Shown in pieces: positions 50,886 to 53,750 of a stretch of 53,750 bases of DNA; the first letter of the stretch is position 1; every line of letters begins with the position of its first letter. Under the pieces are notes generated by a model that was given only the letters and a program-made list of their open reading frames with translations, searched no databases and was not told where the DNA came from. Source of the DNA: Coriobacteriaceae bacterium (GTDB lineage: Bacteria; Actinomycetota; Coriobacteriia; Anaerosomatales; D1FN1-002); assembly GCA_013824215.1 (NCBI GenBank), contig PNNM01000001.1, positions 1-53,750 on the forward strand. The letters run 5' to 3'. Both the position numbers and the translations under genes were made by a program.

Positions 50886-51026
50886 TCCTTGGTTCCCTGT
50901 GCGACGGTCGGCGCGAAGTTCGCTCATGTGCGGGGCAGGGAACATTCTCGCACGTCCGGGTTTGGTGGCGTCGGGATACCCGGCGGGGTATACTTGGAGC
51001 GGCACAGTCTCTCGATCGGAGATGGC

Positions 51027-51731
51027 ATGGCGGGCAGGAAGTGGCTGATCTGGGGTGCGGTGGCGGTGGCCGTCGCCGGGCTGGCATACGTGGTCAGCAG
51101 GCCGTCGGCTCCGGCGGCGGGCGACGTCGATGCCTCGGCGTTCGCGGGTCTCGTCGCGGACGGGGTGCGCGTCATCGACGTGCGCACCGCCGGAGAGTAC
51201 GAGGGCGGGCACATCCCCGGTGCGGAGAACGTGCCGGTCGACACGGTCCCGCAGACGTCGCAGTCGTGGGACAAGACGCAGCCGATAGCGGTCTACTGTC
51301 AGACCGGCGCCCGTTCGGCCAACGCGATGTCCTACCTCACCGGGCAGGGTTTCGCCACCGTGTACAACCTGCGCGGCGGCATCGTGGAGTGGAGCGGGGA
51401 ACTCACCCGGGGCTCGGCGGCCGGGACAGCCGCCGGTGCCGTGAAGATCGCGACCAACGGCACCCCGGTCCTGATCGACTTCTCCGGCAGCGCTTGACCC
51501 ACCTGCATCGAGATGAAGCCTGTGGTCGACAGGTTGGAGCAGGAGTTCAAGGGCAAGGTCGAGTTCAGGGTCTACGTGGACGACTCAGGCCCCGACAACC
51601 TAGCCGGCACGCTCGGCGTCCAGTACGTGCCCACCTATGTCTTTGTGAACACGGACGGTTCGATCGCCCAGCAGGTCGTCGGCGGTATGGCCGAGGAGGA
51701 CATGCGCAAGGCGCTCGAGGCCCTGAACTAG
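51027..51731 (+). CDS. Signal-anchored rhodanese / thioredoxin-fold fusion; predicted selenoprotein with Sec at TGA 51495-51497 (UPTC redox motif)
   Basis: N-terminal anchor MAGRKWLIWGAVAVAVAGLAYVV. Rhodanese motifs VIDVRTAGEYEGGHIPGAENVP and the active-site loop YCQTGARS. TGA 51495 is in frame with ORF 51513..51731. Read-through gives PVLIDFSGSA-U-PTC-IEMKPVVDRLEQEFKGKVEFRVYVDD...QYVPTYVFVNTDGS, a complete Trx fold with the cis-Pro in register. If TGA is a true stop, the products are 51027..51497 (rhodanese) and an orphan fragment. Confidence 0.6.
51502..51543 (+). promoter_or_regulatory. SECIS-like stem-loop immediately downstream of the candidate Sec codon
   Basis: Lower stem CCTGC (51502-06) / GCAGG (51539-43). 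Upper stem AGCCTGT (51517-23) / ACAGGTT (51529-35), with one G-U pair. Apical loop GGTCG (51524-28). The first loop G is 26 nt after the UGA. Confidence 0.45.
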
Positions 51732-52110
51732 GAGTCGACGGGGTATGTACTGAAGCGAGGCGCTGCGCAGGTGCGCGGCTCTCGAGCACACAGAGAAGTC
51801 CGACACGGCGACGCAGCGAAGAGGTGGACGCTATAGAAGTGGAGCAGCCGAGTCGAGGAGGTTTTCGGGCCGGGGCGTCAGATAAGGACCCTTCGGGCTG
51901 GCCGCATTCTCTCGGGAGCTGGTCACTAGGTTCGCGAGAAACGTGAGCGTTCTCTAGGCCGCCGAAGGGATTCCGGGCATAAGCCCGACTGACTTCAGAG
52001 GCTGAGGCCGAGAGGCCGACAAAGGTCACTTGGCCGACAGGTCCTCGAGGATGGCCCTTTGGAGGGGCGAGTCGCGCGAAGCGAAGGTCGCCTCGGCCCA
52101 CACTCGAAGC

Positions 52111-52154
52111 ACCACGACGCGCCTCCCGATCACTGACGGGAGGCGCGTCGTGGT
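52111..52154. terminator. Perfect 18-bp-stem hairpin downstream of glnK (likely amt-glnK terminator, possibly bidirectional)
   Basis: ACCACGACGCGCCTCCCG (52111-28) / CGGGAGGCGCGTCGTGGT (52137-54), with the 8-nt loop ATCACTGA. It lies 17 nt from the glnK stop. There is no clear U-tract on either strand. Confidence 0.55.
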
Positions 52155-52171
52155 TCTCGAACCACCAGGAT

Positions 52172-52513
<342 letters not shown>

Positions 52514-53750
52514 CTATACCTCCTTCGCGGCCAGCCGGCCCGCGTGCGCGGGGCCGACGGGGAGTTCGTCCAGCGAGCCCTCGCCCAGAGGGCCGGAGCC
52601 CACGAAGTCCGGATAGGCGAGCACGCCAATCTCGGCGGGATCGAGGCCCGCGAGCTCGTCCTCGGCGGACGAGCGTAGCCCCATGAGCGCCTTCTGGACC
52701 GTGAAGAAGACGTAGTGCGTGCCGAACGCCCAGGCGAAGACGACGCCCACCGCGACGAACTGCGCGGCGAGCTGGCTCGCGTTACCGTAGAAGAGGCCGG
52801 TGACCGCGCCCTCCACACCGTTCCAGCCGGCGCCGTACGTCCCGTCGGCGAAGAGGCCGAGGGCGATCATGCCCCACGCGCCGTTGACGCCGTGGACCGA
52901 GACCGCACCCACGGGGTCGTCGACTTTGAGCCTGCGTTCGAGGAAGACGACCGAGCCCACGACGATGACGCCGGCGATGGCGCCGATGACGACCGCGGCC
53001 CACGGGGGGACGAACGCGCACGGCGCGGTGATCGCCACGAGGCCGGCGAGCATGCCGTTGACGGCCATCGACGGGTCGGGCTTGCCCCACAGCCGCCAGA
53101 CGAGCAGCATCGCGGTGACACATCCCGCGGCGCCCGCGAGCATGGTGTTGGCGATGATGATCGCAAAGCGCAGGTCGGTGGCGGCCAGCGTGCTCATGCC
53201 GTTGAAACCGAACCACCCGAACACCAGGATGATCGTGCCGAGGATGGCCATCGGGATGTTGTGGCCGGGCAGGGCCACGGGCGTGCCGTCGGCCTTGAAC
53301 TTGCCGATGCGTGGACCGAGCACGATGGCGCCGGCCAGCGCGGCGAACCCACCGACGGCGTGGACCACCGACGAGCCGGCGAAGTCCACCGCACCGTTGC
53401 CGAGCCCGAAGTTCGCGCCGAGCGTGGCGAGCCAGCCGCCGCCCCAGATCCACATGCCGTAGATCGGGTAGGCGATCGCCCCCATGAACACGCCGAACGG
53501 CACGAACGACGAGAACTTCCAGCGCTCGGCCATGGCGCCGGTCACGATCGTGGCCGCGGTGTCCATGAACACGAGTTGGAACAGGAAGAACGCGAAGACG
53601 CCGGGGTCGTACGTGCCGTCGCCGAGCGACCCGACGAAGAAGCCCTTGGTGCCCGCTATCGCCTGGCCGGCGAGCTGGACGGCCGGGGCGGTGAGGATCC
53701 CCTCGGAGCCGGGAGCCCAGTAGAACGCGCCGAGCGACCCGAACTGCAGG
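52514..53750 (-). CDS. amt: Ammonium transporter Amt (5' end outside the window)
   Basis: The frame stays open to the window edge (LQFGSLGAFYWAPG... upstream of the track ORF). Motifs: FQLVFMDTAATIVTGAMAER, AVDFAGSSVVH, GWFGFNG, GVHGVNGAWG. Confidence 0.93.
   Translation of the reverse strand, partial: LQFGSLGAFYWAPGSEGILTAPAVQLAGQAIAGTKGFFVGSLGDGTYDPGVFAFFLFQLVFMDTAATIVTGAMAERWKFSSFVPFGVFMGAIAYPIYGMWIWGGGWLATLGANFGLGNGAVDFAGSSVVHAVGGFAALAGAIVLGPRIGKFKADGTPVALPGHNIPMAILGTIILVFGWFGFNGMSTLAATDLRFAIIIANTMLAGAAGCVTAMLLVWRLWGKPDPSMAVNGMLAGLVAITAPCAFVPPWAAVVIGAIAGVIVVGSVVFLERRLKVDDPVGAVSVHGVNGAWGMIALGLFADGTYGAGWNGVEGAVTGLFYGNASQLAAQFVAVGVVFAWAFGTHYVFFTVQKALMGLRSSAEDELAGLDPAEIGVLAYPDFVGSGPLGEGSLDELPVGPAHAGRLAAKEV

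Noticed and set aside
47496-51026. The upstream 1177 codons of the 1333-aa plus-strand ORF that ends in the rhodanese domain.
   Set aside because: This part is antisense to cgs and of low complexity. The real gene begins at ATG 51027, with a classic basic-then-hydrophobic signal anchor.
51715-51745. A tmRNA-like 5' motif (CUGAAC...GGAGUCGACGGGG, resembling GGGGCUGA...GGAUUCGACGGG).
   Set aside because: It overlaps the last codons of the Trx-fold ORF. Within 450 nt downstream there is no T-arm (GGUUCGAnUCC), no acceptor 3' strand with ACCA, and no tag ORF ending in hydrophobic residues. GGTTCTCGAACC at 52152 is a palindrome abutting the terminator, not a T-loop.
51790-52000. RNase P RNA-like fragments (GAGAAGUCCGAC; CCGGGCAUAAGCCCGACUGACUUC, with GAAGUC/GACUUC complementarity like P4).
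   Set aside because: The universally conserved elements are absent (GGAAAGUCCGG, AGGGUGAAA, GGUAAGAGCGCACC, ACAGAA-CCCGGCUUA). The resemblance is weak and probably chance.
51985-52000. A CUUCAGA heptamer that could be a UCA (Sec) anticodon loop, suggesting selC next to the selenoprotein gene.
   Set aside because: The flanking bases cannot form an anticodon stem. I found no 8-bp acceptor, long variable arm or T-arm on either strand.

Overview
This window is a high-GC (roughly 68-70% by eye) chromosomal replication-origin region. Gene order is typical of Actinomycetota-like monoderm bacteria, but that taxonomic call is only an inference.

Origin layout:
- A minus-strand block runs leftward: rpmH-rnpA-yidD-yidC-jag-rsmG-parA-parB-ytxH-addB-addA.
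- A plus-strand block runs rightward: dnaA-dnaN-recF-DUF721(DciA-like)-gyrB-small membrane ORF-gyrA.
- The two blocks diverge from a bipartite DnaA-box cluster. The only strongly AT-rich stretch lies in the dnaA-dnaN spacer.
- Two perfect parS palindromes sit at the rsmG 5' end.

Other content:
- Housekeeping or accessory genes: P-type ATPase (5'-truncated), orphan sensor kinase, ddl, HtrA protease, reverse rubrerythrin, rlmN, deaminase, HAD hydrolase, MacAB-like ABC efflux system, DUF151 nuclease, YjbQ, tRNA-Ile(GAU), DEAD-box helicase, glnK-amt (amt truncated by the window end).
- I found no rRNA, CRISPR array, transposase, integrase or prophage genes.

Most unusual observations:
1. A signal-anchored rhodanese ORF ends at a TGA. 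That TGA is in frame with a downstream thioredoxin-fold ORF and falls exactly at the first position of the CxxC motif (UPTC). A SECIS-like hairpin follows it. I predict a selenocysteine-containing, extracytoplasmic rhodanese-thioredoxin fusion.
2. A roughly 9 kb gene encodes a cyclic beta-1,2-glucan synthase (Cgs/NdvB-type: N-terminal region, GT84, cyclization region, GH94) in what appears to be a monoderm. Converging on it is a small signalling cluster with no recognisable output domain: monoheme cytochrome c lipoprotein, REC-PAS(Cys) protein, 75-aa protein and polytopic membrane protein.
3. A pentaheme c-type cytochrome with a signal peptide and a C-terminal membrane anchor is transcribed divergently from the reverse rubrerythrin.
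4. About 380 nt of hairpin-rich, lower-GC non-coding DNA between convergent genes fits none of the RNA families I could test by eye.

Many long ORFs in the supplied track are GC-driven antisense or out-of-frame shadows, and I rejected them.
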